This document shows positions 19,400 through 30,445 of a stretch of DNA of 64,000 nucleotides, piece after piece. Each line of letters starts with the position of its first letter. The first letter of the stretch is position 1. The notes beneath the pieces were generated by a model. That model was given only the letters and a program-made list of their open reading frames with translations. It was not told the DNA's origin and made no database searches. The translations under genes were made by a program, and so were the position numbers. This DNA is from an archaeon (GTDB lineage: Archaea; Nanobdellota; Nanobdellia; Woesearchaeales; GW2011-AR15). Location of the stretch: NCBI GenBank assembly GCA_018657065.1, contig JABHXU010000001.1, positions 4,703 through 68,702 on the forward strand. The letters are read 5' to 3'.

Positions 19400-20501
19400 G
19401 TTTTTCTAAATCGTCAGGTTTAATTTTTAGAATATCAAATATTTCTTTTTCACATAAATTACAAAACTTAATTTCTTTTTTAGCAATATTTTTAGGAACA
19501 TTATATCTAATTAAAGCATCTTGAATTCTATGGTTTAGAGAAACAATTCTATCATATAAAACTCTACTATCAGCATAGATAATTAATTTTTCTTCCCATG
19601 TTGCTTTTTTGTCAAATAAATGATGTACAACATGATGTTTTGCATATTTTCCAATTTCTGGAAAGCCTTTTTTTATTAAAATTTTTTCAGTTAAATTTCC
19701 ATGTTCAATAGAGTTATCTTTAACACAATCCCATTTATCAAGATCATGAAGCAAAGACGCAGCATCAACTAAACTATAATTTATTTTTTCCCCTCTTTTA
19801 ATAAGTTCTTTAGCTAAGTAAGTTGCAACTTTATTGACTTTTAATGCATGATCAATGATATTTTGAGGGGTATCACATTCTCTATACCATTTTAAACATT
19901 GTTCATGTGAAGGTGTGTTTAAGTGTTCTGTACAATTAAATACGCAAACATTACAAGGAACATTTTGATGAATTTCAAAAATAGAAATTGAAGTATTTTT
20001 TGTAGATTCAATTGTTTCCCATTTTTCAAGAGGATTTTTTTTAATTGTGTTAATAATCATTCTATTTATTGCACCATGTGCAACAAACAAGACAGTTCCT
20101 TGAGGATATTTATTTTTTACTTTTGATAATAAGGTTTTTATTCTCTTATACATATTTTCAGCAGATTCTCCATCTGGAACATAATCTTCCCAATTAACAT
20201 TATGTTTACTTTTCCCTGATAAAGAACCATGGTCGCGTTCCCTAAGCTCTTTTACATAATTTACTGGAATATTTGGATGGTTTTTGACTATTTCATAAGT
20301 AGTATCAGCGGCTCTTTTTAAGTCTGAAGAATAAATAGCATCAATTTTTTCATTTTTTAATCTTTCACTAAGTCTTTTTGCTTGATCAATACCCTCCTTT
20401 GTTAAATGACCTGGTAAATGACCTTGAATAATACCTTTTACATTTTCTTTAGTTTGACCATGTCTAGTTAAGATTAATATCATTTTAAATGCTCTGTACA
20501 A
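19389..20501 (-). CDS. Fusion protein: histidine phosphatase (phosphoglycerate-mutase family) N-terminal domain plus C-terminal HD-domain phosphohydrolase
   Basis: N-terminus LTRHGQTKEN (RHG motif) with a later HG. C-terminus H...HDLDKW...HHVVHH metal-binding pattern. Confidence 0.55.
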   Translation of the reverse strand: MYRAFKMILILTRHGQTKENVKGIIQGHLPGHLTKEGIDQAKRLSERLKNEKIDAIYSSDLKRAADTTYEIVKNHPNIPVNYVKELRERDHGSLSGKSKHNVNWEDYVPDGESAENMYKRIKTLLSKVKNKYPQGTVLFVAHGAINRMIINTIKKNPLEKWETIESTKNTSISIFEIHQNVPCNVCVFNCTEHLNTPSHEQCLKWYRECDTPQNIIDHALKVNKVATYLAKELIKRGEKINYSLVDAASLLHDLDKWDCVKDNSIEHGNLTEKILIKKGFPEIGKYAKHHVVHHLFDKKATWEEKLIIYADSRVLYDRIVSLNHRIQDALIRYNVPKNIAKKEIKFCNLCEKEIFDILKIKPDDLEKLND

Positions 20502-21070
20502 TTTATTAAGTGAATAATATGATCACTATCTTCTCTTAATTCAAAAATATTTATTGAGGTATTTCCTAAATGTTCCATATGTTTTAATTTTTCCCGAGAT
20601 TTTTTCATAATAATTGCAAATAATGATTTCATAAAACCACCATGACTTACTAAAACCACAGTATTATTTTGATGTTTTTCAAATAATTTTTTAATTATTT
20701 TATTGGCTCTAGTCATAGAAGTTTCATAATTTTCAGCTTTATATTTTGGGTCATTTAAGTCAATATCATCCCATTCTAAATTAAGTTTATTTTTATTTTG
20801 ACCAGTTAATATTCCCATATCATGTTCTCTTAATTCCTTTATTAAATTAAGGTTCAATTTAGGGTGATATTTTATAATTTCTTTTGCAGTATGTTTTGCT
20901 CTATTAAGGTCTGAGGAATAAATATAATCAATTTGTTCATTTTTAAGTCTTTCACCAACTTTTTTTGCTTGATTAATACCTCTTTTAGATAATATACCTG
21001 GAGTTTGTCCTTGAAAAATACCATTTACATTCTCAATAGTTTCTCCATGTCGAACAATTATTAATTTCAT
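20480..21070 (-). CDS. Histidine phosphatase family protein (phosphoglycerate mutase / alpha-ribazole phosphatase-like), paralogue of the upstream gene
   Basis: IVRHGETIEN RHG motif and SHGG later; clearly similar to the N-terminal half of 19389-20501. Confidence 0.6.
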   Translation of the reverse strand: MKLIIVRHGETIENVNGIFQGQTPGILSKRGINQAKKVGERLKNEQIDYIYSSDLNRAKHTAKEIIKYHPKLNLNLIKELREHDMGILTGQNKNKLNLEWDDIDLNDPKYKAENYETSMTRANKIIKKLFEKHQNNTVVLVSHGGFMKSLFAIIMKKSREKLKHMEHLGNTSINIFELREDSDHIIHLINCTEHLK

Positions 21071-21106
21071 ATTTATTAGAGGATGAAATTATCATTTTTA
21101 TAATTA

Positions 21107-22027
21107 ATGGTCTTATTTTGGATAATTATTTATAGGACATATAACAAATTAATTTGCATAGATTGGTTGTTTTTATCAATTGCAGCTGCAGTGATTTTTG
21201 GAATTAGCAATATAATTAATAAAGAAGTATTAGAAAAAGAACATTCATTTGAATTTTTATCAGTTTATTATTTGTTTAATTTATTTATAGTTTTACCTTT
21301 TATAAAAAATATTAATACAATTGATTATAGAATTTTGTTTGCAATTATTTTAAGAAGTATTTTTATGGTTATGTATATGACATTTTATACTAAAGCTCTT
21401 AAACATATGCAAATATCAGTTGTTGGTCCATTAACAAATTTAAATCCTTTATTTGTGTTAGGAGCAGGTTTTTTAATACTTGGTGAATTAATAACATCTC
21501 TTCAAATTTTAGGAATTGTAGTTCTTTTGATTGGATCATATGTGTTAAATTCAGATGGACATTTTAAAAATTGGGGAGCACCATTTAAAAAATTATTCAA
21601 ATCTAAATATATGAGTTATATGATTTACTCAGGTATATGTTACGTAGGAGTATCATTACTTGCAAAATATATTTTAAGAGATACAGAATCATTTACATTA
21701 CTTTTTTATCATTATATTTTTACAACATTAATTTATCTAGGAATTACTTTTTTTATCTATAAAGGAATTGATGATATTATTGAAGGAATTAAACTTGATG
21801 GATTTTGGATATTTGTATCAGCAGCTATAGGTACTTTAGGAACTTATTTAATTTATTTGGCTTTTTCAAACCCAAATTCAAGTGTTGGAATAATTACAGC
21901 AATTTCAAGAATTCAAGTTTTAGTTGGGGTTGTTTTTGGTGGAAGGTTGTTTCACGAAACAAATATTTTCTTAAAATCTATTGCTTCAATTTTAATGTTG
22001 ATAGGAATTTATTTAATAGTTATATAA
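21107..22027 (+). CDS. DMT-superfamily (EamA-like) transporter
   Basis: About 10 TM helices arranged as a duplicated 5-TM repeat. The start may be an internal Met. Confidence 0.4.
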   Translation: MVLFWIIIYRTYNKLICIDWLFLSIAAAVIFGISNIINKEVLEKEHSFEFLSVYYLFNLFIVLPFIKNINTIDYRILFAIILRSIFMVMYMTFYTKALKHMQISVVGPLTNLNPLFVLGAGFLILGELITSLQILGIVVLLIGSYVLNSDGHFKNWGAPFKKLFKSKYMSYMIYSGICYVGVSLLAKYILRDTESFTLLFYHYIFTTLIYLGITFFIYKGIDDIIEGIKLDGFWIFVSAAIGTLGTYLIYLAFSNPNSSVGIITAISRIQVLVGVVFGGRLFHETNIFLKSIASILMLIGIYLIVI

Positions 22028-22071
22028 AAATTACAAATCTTTATTAACTAATTATTCTAACAATTTATTGG

Positions 22072-22953
22072 GTGATTTATATGATATTTGCAATAGCAGT
22101 ATTTTTGATAGTATTTTTTTTCGTAGGTATTAGAATAGTTAGACCTACTGAAGTAGGAGTAATTGAAAGACTTGGTAGATTTAAAAAAGTAGCTCAACAA
22201 GGATTTCATTGGATTTTTCCAGTATTAGATAGAATGATTAAAGTAAATGTTACTGAAATTAGAGTAGATATTCCTCCTCAAGAGGTTATTACTAAGGATA
22301 AACTTAATGCACATGTTGACGCAGTTGTTTATTTTAGAATAAGGAACGCAAGAAAAGCACTATATAATGTTGAAGATTATTATGGGTCAGTTGTATCTTT
22401 AGCTAGAACAACACTTCGAGCAGTAGTAGGTAAAATGACTTTAGGTGATGCTAATGAAAGAAGAGATAGTATTAATCATCATGTAGAGCAAGAAATGAGT
22501 GCACAAATTGAAAAGCCAAGTGCAGATGGAGAAGGTTGGGGTATTGATATTTTAAGAGTAGAAATTCAAGAAATAACTCCTCCTGGAGATGTTCAAGCTG
22601 CAATGAATAATGTTGTTAAAGCAGAAAATGAAAAAATTGCTGCAATTGATTTAGCAACAGCTACAGAAACAAAAGCTGACGGAGAAAAAAGAGGAGCAAT
22701 TAAAAAAGCAGAAGGAATGAGGCAAGCAAAATTATTAGAAGCAGATGGAGAAGCACAAGCAATTAAATTAGTTAATGAGGCTGCTAATAAGTATTTTAAG
22801 GGAAATGCACAAATATTAAAGAAACTTGAAACAGTTGAAATATCTCTTAAACATAATGCTAAAATTGTTGTTCCAACAAAAACAGAGTTAGTTAATGTTA
22901 TTGGTGAATTAGCTGGAGTAGCTCCAATAAGAGTTGGAAAGTCTAAAAAATAG
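22072..22953 (+). CDS. SPFH/band-7 domain protein (stomatin/HflKC-like)
   Basis: N-terminal TM then VRPTEVGVIERLGRF...VDAVVYFRI SPFH core and an Ala/Glu-rich coiled coil. Confidence 0.75.
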   Translation: MIYMIFAIAVFLIVFFFVGIRIVRPTEVGVIERLGRFKKVAQQGFHWIFPVLDRMIKVNVTEIRVDIPPQEVITKDKLNAHVDAVVYFRIRNARKALYNVEDYYGSVVSLARTTLRAVVGKMTLGDANERRDSINHHVEQEMSAQIEKPSADGEGWGIDILRVEIQEITPPGDVQAAMNNVVKAENEKIAAIDLATATETKADGEKRGAIKKAEGMRQAKLLEADGEAQAIKLVNEAANKYFKGNAQILKKLETVEISLKHNAKIVVPTKTELVNVIGELAGVAPIRVGKSKK

Positions 22954-22986
22954 AGTTTTTTAACTCTTTTTTCTTATTTTTTTAAA

Positions 22987-23448
22987 ATGGTTCTAGCAAC
23001 ACTTTGTTATGTAAAAAAAGATAATAAAACATTAATGATTTATAGGAATAAAAAACCTAATGACATGCATGAAGGTAAATGGAATGGTTTAGGTGGGAAA
23101 CTTGAAGCACGTGAATCACCTGAAGATTGCGTTATTAGAGAAATTAAAGAAGAATCAGGTTTAGATATAAAAAATCCTAAATTAGTTGGATTATTAACAT
23201 TTCCAGCTTTTGATATACAAAAAAGAGATTGGCATGTTTTTGTTTATATAGCTAATGAATTCTCTGGAGAGTTAATAGTTAGTCCAGAAGGAGAACTTCA
23301 TTGGATTAATGATGATAAGATTCTTGATTTGAACTTGTGGGAATCTGATCATATGTTTATAAAGTGGATAAAAGAGGATAGATTTTTTTCTGCTAAGTTT
23401 ATATTTAAGGAAGAAAAAGTTATTGATTATAATGTTACTTTTCATTAA
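22987..23448 (+). CDS. Nudix hydrolase
   Basis: Nudix box GGKLEARESPEDCVIREIKEESGL. Confidence 0.7.
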   Translation: MVLATLCYVKKDNKTLMIYRNKKPNDMHEGKWNGLGGKLEARESPEDCVIREIKEESGLDIKNPKLVGLLTFPAFDIQKRDWHVFVYIANEFSGELIVSPEGELHWINDDKILDLNLWESDHMFIKWIKEDRFFSAKFIFKEEKVIDYNVTFH

Positions 23449-23510
23449 AAACGATTAAAAACTACTAAAAACAAATACAATTTAGAAAATTATTCATTCC
23501 CTAAATTTAC

Positions 23511-23822
23511 TTAAGAATCGACCATTTCAATTTCTATATTTAGGCCGTCTGGAATAGGAACTCTCATAACTAGTCTAAGTGCTCTTTCGTCGATTCCTAG
23601 GTCTATTAATCTTTTATGAATTCTCATTTCATATCTTTCCCAGGTTTCTGTACCTTCTCCGTCAGCACTTTTTCTTGTTGTTACTCTAAGTTTTTTTGTT
23701 GGAAGAGGGATAGGTCCCTTCATTTCTACTCCAGTTTTCTCTGCGATTTCTTTTATGCTAGTACAAACTTGATTAATCTTATCAATTTCCATACTTGCTA
23801 ATTTGATTCTTGCTTTCTGCAT
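23511..23822 (-). CDS. rps10: Ribosomal protein S10 (uS10)
   Basis: Full-length uS10 similarity; sits downstream of EF-1alpha as in the archaeal str cluster. Confidence 0.9.
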   Translation of the reverse strand: MQKARIKLASMEIDKINQVCTSIKEIAEKTGVEMKGPIPLPTKKLRVTTRKSADGEGTETWERYEMRIHKRLIDLGIDERALRLVMRVPIPDGLNIEIEMVDS

Positions 23823-23870
23823 CTTTCTTCCTCTAAATTTGATAACTAAATTAATAAAAAAAAATTAAAT

Positions 23871-25178
23871 TTATTTTTTTGCTTTAACAGCAGCCATATC
23901 TTTAGCAACAAGTTCTATACACATACCAGCAGCAACAGTTGTACCAGAATCTCTAATAGCGAATCTTGCTAATTGTGGGATTTCTGATTGCTTTTCAATT
24001 ACTAATGGTGTTGTTGGTCTAATTTTGACAATTGCTGCGTCACCGTTTCTTAAGACATCTTTGTTTTCAGTGACTTCTTCACCAGTTCTTGAGTCCATCT
24101 TTTTGACAATCTCAATAATTTGGCAAGCTACTTGTGCTGTGTTAATGTGGAATACTGGTGTATATCCTACAGTGACGACAGTTGGATGGTTTAAAACAAC
24201 CATATGTGCTGTAAATTCTGTTGCGACAGTTGGCCAGCTATCTGTTGATCCAATAACGTCTCCTCTAGCTAAGTCTTTTTTACCAATTCCACCGACTGAG
24301 AATCCAATATTGTCTCCTGGTTCAGCTTGAGTAATTTGTTCGTGGTGCATTTCAATTGTTTTACATTCACCAACTACTCCTTTTCCTTCTCTACCTGGAA
24401 CAGCTACAATTTTAGATTTTGTTTTCATAATTCCAGTTTCAACTCTTCCGACTGGAACAACTCCAATACCTGTGATGTTATATACATCTTGAATAGGTAG
24501 TCTTAATGGAAGTTGTGTTGGTTTTTCAGGAACTGTAAAATTGTCTAATTGTTCAAACATTGTTGGTCCATCATACCATGCAGTGTGTTCAGATTTATTA
24601 AAGACATTGTCTCCTTTTAGACCTGATGTTGGAATAAATTGAACTTGGTCAAGTTTGTATCCTACAGATGTTAAAAGACCTTGTACTTGTTTTTTAACTT
24701 CTTCAAATTTTGCTTGATCAAAATTAACTGTATCCATTTTGTTAACAATAACCATTAATTGGTTAACACCCATTGTTCTTGCTAGAAATACGTGTTCTTT
24801 TGTTTGAGCCATAACACCATCTGCTGCTGCAACGACAAGACATCCACAATCTGCTTGTGAAGCTCCTGTAATCATGTTTTTGACAAAGTCTCTGTGACCT
24901 GGTGCATCAATCATTGTGTAATCATATTTTGGTGTTGAGAATTTTTTGTGAGCAAGGTCAATTGTTATTCCCCTTTCTCTTTCTTCTTTTAAGTTGTCCA
25001 TGACATATGCAAATTCCCATGAATCTTTTCCTGCATTAACTGCCATTTCTTTTAATTTTCTCATTTGGTTTTCAGGTACATTTCCTGAGTCAAACATTAA
25101 CCTACCTACTGTAGTAGATTTACCGTGATCAATGTGACCAATAACGACCAAATTTAAGTGTTCTTTTTCTTTTGCCAT
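23871..25178 (-). CDS. tuf: Elongation factor 1-alpha
   Basis: [21 protein letters not shown] motifs. AGGAGG Shine-Dalgarno 8 nt upstream on the minus strand. Confidence 0.95.
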   Translation of the reverse strand: MAKEKEHLNLVVIGHIDHGKSTTVGRLMFDSGNVPENQMRKLKEMAVNAGKDSWEFAYVMDNLKEERERGITIDLAHKKFSTPKYDYTMIDAPGHRDFVKNMITGASQADCGCLVVAAADGVMAQTKEHVFLARTMGVNQLMVIVNKMDTVNFDQAKFEEVKKQVQGLLTSVGYKLDQVQFIPTSGLKGDNVFNKSEHTAWYDGPTMFEQLDNFTVPEKPTQLPLRLPIQDVYNITGIGVVPVGRVETGIMKTKSKIVAVPGREGKGVVGECKTIEMHHEQITQAEPGDNIGFSVGGIGKKDLARGDVIGSTDSWPTVATEFTAHMVVLNHPTVVTVGYTPVFHINTAQVACQIIEIVKKMDSRTGEEVTENKDVLRNGDAAIVKIRPTTPLVIEKQSEIPQLARFAIRDSGTTVAAGMCIELVAKDMAAVKAKK

Positions 25179-25328
25179 TTTGGGTTTCCTCCTGTTTTAA
25201 GTATTATATATTGGATAAAGGAATAATTCACCATTTATAAGCATTTCCATTCATTTTTATGTCGACAAAAATCAATTTTTATTTTTTGCTTTTTCGACTA
25301 AAAAAATAAAAAAAAACTAAAATAGCTT

Positions 25329-27512
25329 TTATTCTGTAACTTCTTCCTCTACTATTCCTTTTCTTTGTCTGATCTGACTAATTATTTTTTGCTGTAGTTC
25401 TCCAGGTAATACTTCAAAAGATTGATCCATTACTGCAAAACTTGCTCTTCCTTCTGTACCAGATCTAACATCATTGCTTAGTCCAAAACTTTCTGCAACA
25501 GGTAATTTACCTTTAATTGTAGTAAATTCATCTCCTGAATCCATGTCAAGCATTTGACCTCTTTTAGCAGATAATAATTTTGAAACTTCTCCCATAAATC
25601 TAGTTGGTGTATCAAATTGCATAATTTGGATAGGTTCAAGTATTAATGGTTTTCCATCCATCATTGCTTCTCTAATACCATTTCTAATTGCAGGGTACAT
25701 TTGAGCAGGACCTCTGTGAATTGAATCCTCGTGTAGAGTCATATCAGATAAAATAACTTTTACACCCATACAAGGTTCTCTAGCTAGTGGTCCAGCATTC
25801 ATAACATCTTCGAACATGTCATTAATTAATTCAATAACTTCTCCCATGTGAACTTGTCCTCTTGTTTCTTCTGTTAACATGTTTCCATTAAAGATGTTTT
25901 TAACTTTTGTTGCTTCTTTAGCATCCATTCCTAAGTCTCTTAATTTTTCCAAAAATGCAGGCATTTTCTTTTTAATTCTCATTTCAGGTAATTCTCCTGA
26001 TTTGATTGCATCCCTAATTTTTGGGTCAAGAGGTTCAACTCTAAATTTTAATTTGTTGTGTTTGTTAGGAGATTTCCCTTCATATATACCTGAAGGCTTT
26101 GTTATAGTTTCTCTAAAGACAACAATAGGCGAACTTGTTTTAATTTCTAATCCTTTTTCAGTTTTGATTCTGTTTTCAATGATTTCTAAGTGAAGTTCTC
26201 CCATACCACTCATTAAGTGTTCTCCAGTTTCTTCATTAATTTCAATATGAATAGAAGGATCTTCTTTTCCTACTTTTCTAAGTACATCAATTAATTTTGG
26301 AAGATCTGAAGGTTTAGTTGCTTCAACAGCTTTAGTAACAACAGGATCAAATAAATGTTTTATTTGTTCAAAAGGTTCAGCTTCTAAATCAGTTGTGACT
26401 GTTTCTCCAGCTCTACCATTTTTAAGTCCTGCTATACCAATAATATTTCCAGAAGGAACTCCATCTACTACTTCTCTTTTAGCTCCATTAAAAATATAGA
26501 CTTGTTGAATTCTAGCATCTTCATTTGCACTTGCTAAATGGACTTCTTGTCCTTTGCTAACTGTTCCACTAAAAAGTCTTCCAGTACAAATTTCTCCAGC
26601 TAATGGATCAACAACAACTTTTGTAATAACAAATCCTAGTTTTCCATCTGCATTACAAGCGATTAAATCTTTTCCATATTGTGTTTCTGGATCTCCTTGC
26701 CAAATTTTTGGAATTCTGTAAGGTTGTGCAACAACAGGATTAGGTAAATGCTTAACTACAGCGTCCAAAATAACTTCGTGAATTGGAGCTTGTTTTCTTA
26801 GAATTTTTAATGCATCCTGATCTTGTGAATTATAAGCTTCAGCAACAACGTCAAATTTAACATTGCTTTTTGTCATAAAAGGAACAGATAATGCCCAATT
26901 GTGAAATGCTGATCCAAAACATACACTTCCATCATTTACACTAACATTCCATCTTCCTTTAAATTCAGGTGGTGTAATCTTATCAATATAAGCGTTAACT
27001 CCAGTGATAATTTTTGTAAATCTTTCTTGCATTTGAGCAGGACCTAATTGTAATTCTTTGATTAATCTATCAACTTTATTAATCATTAAAATAGGTTTAA
27101 CTCTTTCTTTTAATGCTTGTCTTAGAACTGTTTCTGTTTGAGGCATCATACCTTCAACAGCACAAACTAATACTATACATCCATCAGCGGCTCTCATAGC
27201 TCTTGTAACGTCTCCACCAAAGTCAACGTGACCTGGAGTATCTAATAAATTGATTAAATACTCAGCACCTTTTACAGTGTGAACCATTGAAACTGCTGAA
27301 GTATCAATTGTTATACCTCTTTCAGCTTCATCATCGTGGAAATCTAAAACTTGAGCTTTTCCAGCTAAATCTTCTGACATCATACCTGCACCTGCAAGTA
27401 AGTTATCTGAGAAAGTTGTTTTTCCATGATCAATGTGCGCGCATATAGCGATATTTCTAATATTAGTAGGTTTATTCATAATCGACTTAACCCTGTCAAC
27501 CATTTTTGCCAT
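25329..27512 (-). CDS. fusA: Elongation factor 2 (aEF-2)
   Basis: AHIDHGKTT, DTPGHVDF and the diphthamide-region HRG motif. Confidence 0.95.
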   Translation of the reverse strand: MAKMVDRVKSIMNKPTNIRNIAICAHIDHGKTTFSDNLLAGAGMMSEDLAGKAQVLDFHDDEAERGITIDTSAVSMVHTVKGAEYLINLLDTPGHVDFGGDVTRAMRAADGCIVLVCAVEGMMPQTETVLRQALKERVKPILMINKVDRLIKELQLGPAQMQERFTKIITGVNAYIDKITPPEFKGRWNVSVNDGSVCFGSAFHNWALSVPFMTKSNVKFDVVAEAYNSQDQDALKILRKQAPIHEVILDAVVKHLPNPVVAQPYRIPKIWQGDPETQYGKDLIACNADGKLGFVITKVVVDPLAGEICTGRLFSGTVSKGQEVHLASANEDARIQQVYIFNGAKREVVDGVPSGNIIGIAGLKNGRAGETVTTDLEAEPFEQIKHLFDPVVTKAVEATKPSDLPKLIDVLRKVGKEDPSIHIEINEETGEHLMSGMGELHLEIIENRIKTEKGLEIKTSSPIVVFRETITKPSGIYEGKSPNKHNKLKFRVEPLDPKIRDAIKSGELPEMRIKKKMPAFLEKLRDLGMDAKEATKVKNIFNGNMLTEETRGQVHMGEVIELINDMFEDVMNAGPLAREPCMGVKVILSDMTLHEDSIHRGPAQMYPAIRNGIREAMMDGKPLILEPIQIMQFDTPTRFMGEVSKLLSAKRGQMLDMDSGDEFTTIKGKLPVAESFGLSNDVRSGTEGRASFAVMDQSFEVLPGELQQKIISQIRQRKGIVEEEVTE

Positions 27513-27606
27513 TTTCTTTAGTCACCTTAATAAATTTTTATTTTTTTGGTTTTGAAATGCTAATTTACTGAATTGCTGCATTTCAACACTTTTATATTAT
27601 AATTAA

Positions 27607-28098
27607 TTAAAATACATGTAATTCATGTACTGTTTTGTATGTGTGAAGTTCTTCACTTGTAAACCATAAATTTAATTCTTTATTTGCACTTTCTATACTA
27701 TCAGATGCATGAATTAAATTTTTAATTGCAATTCCTTTTTTATCAGCATAAGGATAAGAATGGTGTGCAAAATCTCCTCTAATTGTTCCTGGAAGAGCTT
27801 TTTTTGGTTCAGTTGATCCTACCATTTTTCTAATTGTTTCAATTGCTTCAATACCTTCTATAGCTAAAGCAACTAATGGTCCAAAAGTAATAAATTCTTC
27901 TAACCCTTTGTAAAATGGCTTTTCAACATGTGCTGAATAATGCTTTTTTGAAAAAGCATCATCAACCCAAACCATTTTCATTCCAACAATTTTTAAACCA
28001 GCGTTTTCAAATCGAGTAATAAGGTTACCCATAATACCTCTTTGAACAGCGTCAGGTTTAAGCAAAACTAATGTTCTTTGAATTAAACTTTCTGGCAT
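27607..28098 (-). CDS. ndk: Nucleoside diphosphate kinase
   Basis: TLVLLKPDAVQRG and NLIHASD (active His) motifs. Confidence 0.85.
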   Translation of the reverse strand: MPESLIQRTLVLLKPDAVQRGIMGNLITRFENAGLKIVGMKMVWVDDAFSKKHYSAHVEKPFYKGLEEFITFGPLVALAIEGIEAIETIRKMVGSTEPKKALPGTIRGDFAHHSYPYADKKGIAIKNLIHASDSIESANKELNLWFTSEELHTYKTVHELHVF

Positions 28099-28105
28099 TT
28101 TTTCC

Positions 28106-28294
28106 TCACTTCTTTAATCCTTTTTTGATAAGCTCAAATTCACTAGTCCATTTAGTTGTTCTAGCTTTATGTTTTAATTTAAGCTGATTTTTTTCGCATT
28201 TACTGGAGCAAAAGTAAAATATTTTAGCATCCTTTTTTACATACATTTTTCCAGTCCCATCCTGCATAGTACATCCACAAAAACTGCATTTCAT
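28106..28294 (-). CDS. rpl24e: Ribosomal protein L24e
   Basis: C4 zinc ribbon CSFCG...CSSKC typical of L24e. Confidence 0.85.
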   Translation of the reverse strand: MKCSFCGCTMQDGTGKMYVKKDAKIFYFCSSKCEKNQLKLKHKARTTKWTSEFELIKKGLKK

Positions 28295-28296
28295 CT

Positions 28297-28596
28297 TTAA
28301 CCACTTCCTCTACCTGTTCTATTTAGTGGACGAGCTTCAATTTCAGTTTCTCTAAGCATTAAGATGTCTCCTTTTTGAATAGGTCCTCTAACATTTCTTC
28401 TAATTATTTTGTTAGCGTCTCTACCATCTAGAATTTTGCATCTAATTTGAGTGACTCCTCCTCTTGTACCAGTTCTACCAATAACTTCTTCGACACTTGC
28501 AGGGACAGCTGTTCTAAAATTAGCTCTTCCTTTTGTATCAGCAGAGTCTTGTTTTCCTTTTTTTGATTGATTTTTATCAAGAGCCATATTAATCAC
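28297..28596 (-). CDS. rps28e: Ribosomal protein S28e (with a ~30-aa N-terminal extension or an upstream start)
   Basis: [24 protein letters not shown]...[18 protein letters not shown]. Confidence 0.8.
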   Translation of the reverse strand: MINMALDKNQSKKGKQDSADTKGRANFRTAVPASVEEVIGRTGTRGGVTQIRCKILDGRDANKIIRRNVRGPIQKGDILMLRETEIEARPLNRTGRGSG

Positions 28597-28910
28597 TCTT
28601 TCATAGTCTTAATCACTGATGCTGCTTCTCCTGGTTCAGTTACTGCAACTGCGCTTGTACCGACTTGGATACCTGCAGCAGCGCCTAGTTCTTCTTTACT
28701 TGGAACTTCAACACAAGGGATACCTTTTTCTTTACATAATAAAGGTAAGTGCATTACAACTTCTGGAGGAGTAATATCTTTTGCAACAACAACTAATTTT
28801 GCATTTCCTCTTTCAATTTGTTTAGTGACTTCATTAGTCCCTTTTTTAATTTTTCCTGTTGTTCTAGCTAATTCAATAGCTTCATATGCTTTTTCTGATT
28901 CTTCAGCCAT
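28593..28910 (-). CDS. rpl7ae: Ribosomal protein L7Ae (K-turn binding)
   Basis: Start taken at [13 protein letters not shown]; KLVVVAKD...GAAAG core. Confidence 0.85.
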   Translation of the reverse strand: MAEESEKAYEAIELARTTGKIKKGTNEVTKQIERGNAKLVVVAKDITPPEVVMHLPLLCKEKGIPCVEVPSKEELGAAAGIQVGTSAVAVTEPGEAASVIKTMKE

Positions 28911-29060
28911 AGTTTTTTCACCTATAATTTCATATTTTAACTGGTAACTAGAATTAAAAGTTACCCTCATTCAGGTAAATCATCAAATTTACCGTCATAA
29001 CTCATTAGGTCAATACGACGAAAATTTAGAACGTTTATAAATCTTACTAAGTAAAAGAAA

Positions 29061-29609
29061 TTATATTTCACTATTTATTAAGTCTAATTTTTGTTGAGCA
29101 AGATGTTTTTCTTCATTTAATAAATCCATTTCAAGATTTAATTCTTTACCTAATTCCATTAATTGTTGATTAACGATTTTAGAAGCTTTTATTATTTTAG
29201 CGTCAGCACCAAAATTCTTTTGTAAATGAGGATTTAATTCTCTCCATACACTTACTAATTTTCTATAATGATTTAATTGAACTGTAATTCCAGAAGAATC
29301 TCTAATGTCTTGAACTTGTTCTAAAAAATTATATAATTCTCCTTGAAAACTTTTCGCATTTTCATGCTTATTTATATAGTCAAATATTTCATGAGCAGCA
29401 TCAGAAAGTTCTTTAAATGCTTCATTTTCAAATCTTGCAGTACGTTTTTTTCTCTGATCAATACCTATTAATCTTCGATCAAAATCAAAATCTGAGTTGA
29501 ATTTTCCAAAAATATTTTTTATTTTAAATAAACCTTTAAAAATATTCTTGAGCCAACTTAAAACCCCCATTGTTATTTTAAACAAAGGACAATTTTTAAA
29601 TTTTTTCAA
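29061..29609 (-). CDS. Hypothetical coiled-coil protein
   Basis: No motif recognised. Confidence 0.3.
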   Translation of the reverse strand: MKKFKNCPLFKITMGVLSWLKNIFKGLFKIKNIFGKFNSDFDFDRRLIGIDQRKKRTARFENEAFKELSDAAHEIFDYINKHENAKSFQGELYNFLEQVQDIRDSSGITVQLNHYRKLVSVWRELNPHLQKNFGADAKIIKASKIVNQQLMELGKELNLEMDLLNEEKHLAQQKLDLINSEI

Positions 29610-29664
29610 TTATTTTCTAATTTAAACGTAAGATTTATATTTTAGTACACTACACTTTTCTTCT

Positions 29665-29946
29665 ATGGTGGTAAATCAAATATCTGAGGTGTTAGTAAAA
29701 AGACGTACTGAATTAATTGAAATGCTGGAAAATAATAGAGATTCTCTAGACTTAGAAAAACAGCACCAAGTATTTGGAGCAATTAATGAACTTGAATTGT
29801 TTTTACATACATTAGATTATTATCAAAAAAATTCAACAGAAGGAGAAGATGCAGTTAGATTAGTTAAACCACCTATGGAAGAAGAAAGCGCTAATGTGTT
29901 TTACAGAATTTTTCAAGGAATTAAAGGTAAAGTTAAGAGAAATTAA
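29665..29946 (+). CDS. Hypothetical small protein
   Basis: ORF only. Confidence 0.25.
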   Translation: MVVNQISEVLVKRRTELIEMLENNRDSLDLEKQHQVFGAINELELFLHTLDYYQKNSTEGEDAVRLVKPPMEEESANVFYRIFQGIKGKVKRN

Positions 29947-30343
29947 CTTTTTTTCTAATATAATTTACTAAAAAAAAATATTTTATCCAATTTAATGATT
30001 TGTAGTGAAAAATATACATAACAAAATCTGCTAAAACGTGTAAAATAAATCCCAAAGAAATTAAAAATAATGTTCTATTAACATAAAATGATATAATACT
30101 AAATATAATTAAAAAGTCTATCATATGAAATATGTAAAAATGAGGTCTATGGACTGTGTTTTCTTTTTTATGCCATTCTAACATTTGTTTGATAGTTTTG
30201 TTTTTAACAACAAAAACTTGATAAAAAATATGATCTATGTCAATAATAATTCCTGCAAGGGCAATTATGAGAATATCAATGTTTTTAAATCCTAAAACAA
30301 ATCCAAAAAATAAATTGATTATGAAATGAATTAGGACATGCAT
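29933..30343 (-). CDS. Small membrane protein (possible DUF457/YdjM-like membrane-bound metal-dependent hydrolase)
   Basis: Four TM segments with IIDIDH and HVLADF motifs. Confidence 0.3.
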   Translation of the reverse strand: MHVLIHFIINLFFGFVLGFKNIDILIIALAGIIIDIDHIFYQVFVVKNKTIKQMLEWHKKENTVHRPHFYIFHMIDFLIIFSIISFYVNRTLFLISLGFILHVLADFVMYIFHYKSLNWIKYFFLVNYIRKKVNFS

Positions 30344-30445
30344 TTGTTTAATATAGATTTTACATATATATTAATTTAATGTTATAAAATAGAAATATAT
30401 TTAATGGACTTCAAACTTTCAATACACTATTGTGGGTGATATTTA

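Noticed and set aside
25179-25328. GTCGACAAAAA motif shared with 6516-6530 as a regulatory site
   Set aside because: Only two loose copies were found. This could be chance in an AT-rich genome, so it is mentioned in a finding only as something to count genome-wide.
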